Sequence record: KT070867.1
Source: Bacillus phage PBC2
Direction: 5' to 3' (one strand)
Length of the DNA stretch: 24,000 bases
Shown here piece by piece: positions 23,035 through 24,000 of this stretch. Each line of letters begins with the position of its first letter. Positions within the stretch are counted from its first letter, which is position 1. Below the pieces are notes generated by a model, which saw only the letters and a list, made by a program, of their open reading frames with translations, was not told where the DNA came from and ran no database searches. Made by a program: the position numbers and the translations under genes.

Positions 23035-23403
23035 ATGAAACGTTGGGAAATTGTAAAGGGTATTCAAGAAGGACTATATCCAAAAGGAACTAGATTTAAA
23101 ATCAAGTATGACGATGGTGATGTAGCGTTTGCAGTAATTGACCAATACGGATGTTTGGCTTGGGATATGGAAGATGGAAATGGTCATGTACACATTGCTA
23201 GTTACAATGGTGATGAGTGGACAATATTGTACGACAATCTTAAAGACCGAGAAGAAGATGAGGATAAATTCGTCACAATCAAACAGAGCCAACTTGATTA
23301 CTTAGAAGAGCGTGTAGAGTTTTTAAACTGCTTAGAAGCTTGTGGAGTAGATAATTGGGAAGGTTATGGCAATGCATATCAAATGTTGGAGGAAGATGAA
23401 TAA
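23035..23403 (+). CDS. Acidic hypothetical protein
   Basis: TAGGGGG RBS upstream; tight packing. Confidence 0.7.
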   Translation: MKRWEIVKGIQEGLYPKGTRFKIKYDDGDVAFAVIDQYGCLAWDMEDGNGHVHIASYNGDEWTILYDNLKDREEDEDKFVTIKQSQLDYLEERVEFLNCLEACGVDNWEGYGNAYQMLEEDE

Positions 23404-23903
23404 TGAGAACAAAAGAAGAGATTTATGATGCGATTGTAGAATGGGAACAGGAAGCAGGAGAAGATTTTGTAGATTATTTTAGTGGCGATATGAATGAGTT
23501 TAACTTTATGTTTTGGGCTTTAGGAAAGAAATATATTAACGTAGAACAATTGCAAGCATTTGAACAGGAGACATGCCCTAGTACAAGTTTTCTTCTAGGT
23601 GATGAAAAGTATTCAGTAGTTTATGATGATGGTGAGGATGAAGATTGGGAAGAGACATATAAAGCATCTCGAAGAATCCTTGCAGACTTCTTATCTTCTA
23701 CTATTACATATCAAGCTAGACTTGAGAATTTCTTTAAAAATATTTACCCAATGAAATTTGAAGATGCATTAAAAGAGTTTCGTTTCAAGAGAGAAAAAGT
23801 ATTCTATGTACTTGATGATGAAGAGAGAGTGTATCTTACAAATGAAACAATGCTTACGGCTGATATAATCTATCAAGCAAGATGGTATCGTGATGATAAC
23901 TAA
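23403..23903 (+). CDS. Acidic hypothetical protein
   Basis: TAATG overlap with the previous stop. Confidence 0.7.
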   Translation: MRTKEEIYDAIVEWEQEAGEDFVDYFSGDMNEFNFMFWALGKKYINVEQLQAFEQETCPSTSFLLGDEKYSVVYDDGEDEDWEETYKASRRILADFLSSTITYQARLENFFKNIYPMKFEDALKEFRFKREKVFYVLDDEERVYLTNETMLTADIIYQARWYRDDN

Positions 23904-24000
23904 GGAAAATCAAGATATAGACATAAGAGTGACAAATAAATACTATATGTGGTGATTCTATATGAATAAAAGTGGGATTTTATCAAGAGTTTAGGAGTGG

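Noticed and set aside
1-24000. CRISPR array, tRNA genes, retron or large structured ncRNA
   Set aside because: No regularly spaced repeats, cloverleaf-like sequence or reverse transcriptase motifs were noticed. I could not run tRNAscan-SE, Infernal or CRISPRCasFinder, so this is a reading by eye only.
1-24000. A complete previously undescribed defence or anti-defence operon
   Set aside because: Candidate parts (NADAR, DndB-like, nucleotidyltransferase, SPFH, acidic proteins) are under separate promoters. Nothing in the sequence alone shows that they form one system.

Overview
All convincing genes in this 24 kb window lie on the + strand. The gene content looks like the nucleotide-metabolism and early-gene region of a large, AT-rich phage of a low-GC Gram-positive (Bacillus-like) host; I could not determine the host or phage name. 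Recognisable products: a NADAR-superfamily protein, a phage PF10127/RlaP-like nucleotidyltransferase, a two-subunit type IIA topoisomerase, an SPFH/prohibitin-like protein, a DUF1653-like protein, NrdI, a nucleoside 2-deoxyribosyltransferase-like protein, NrdE, NrdF, a thioredoxin-like protein, a dUTPase with an extra N-terminal region, a LAGLIDADG endonuclease, an HNH/AP2 endonuclease, guanylate kinase, and a split DGQHR/DndB-like protein. Many small proteins of unknown function fill the rest. Main observations: (1) eleven near-identical promoters with a conserved 17-nt spacer; (2) three genes interrupted by a one-base shift in the same direction, each at an A-run directly before GT and each restored by adding one A; (3) a phage NADAR protein close to a nucleotidyltransferase; (4) both homing-type endonucleases sit immediately after a promoter; (5) leader stem-loops next to the nrdI and thioredoxin-like promoters, and an nrdI ORF with no well-placed ordinary start codon. 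I found no CRISPR array, tRNA or clearly new multi-gene defence system.
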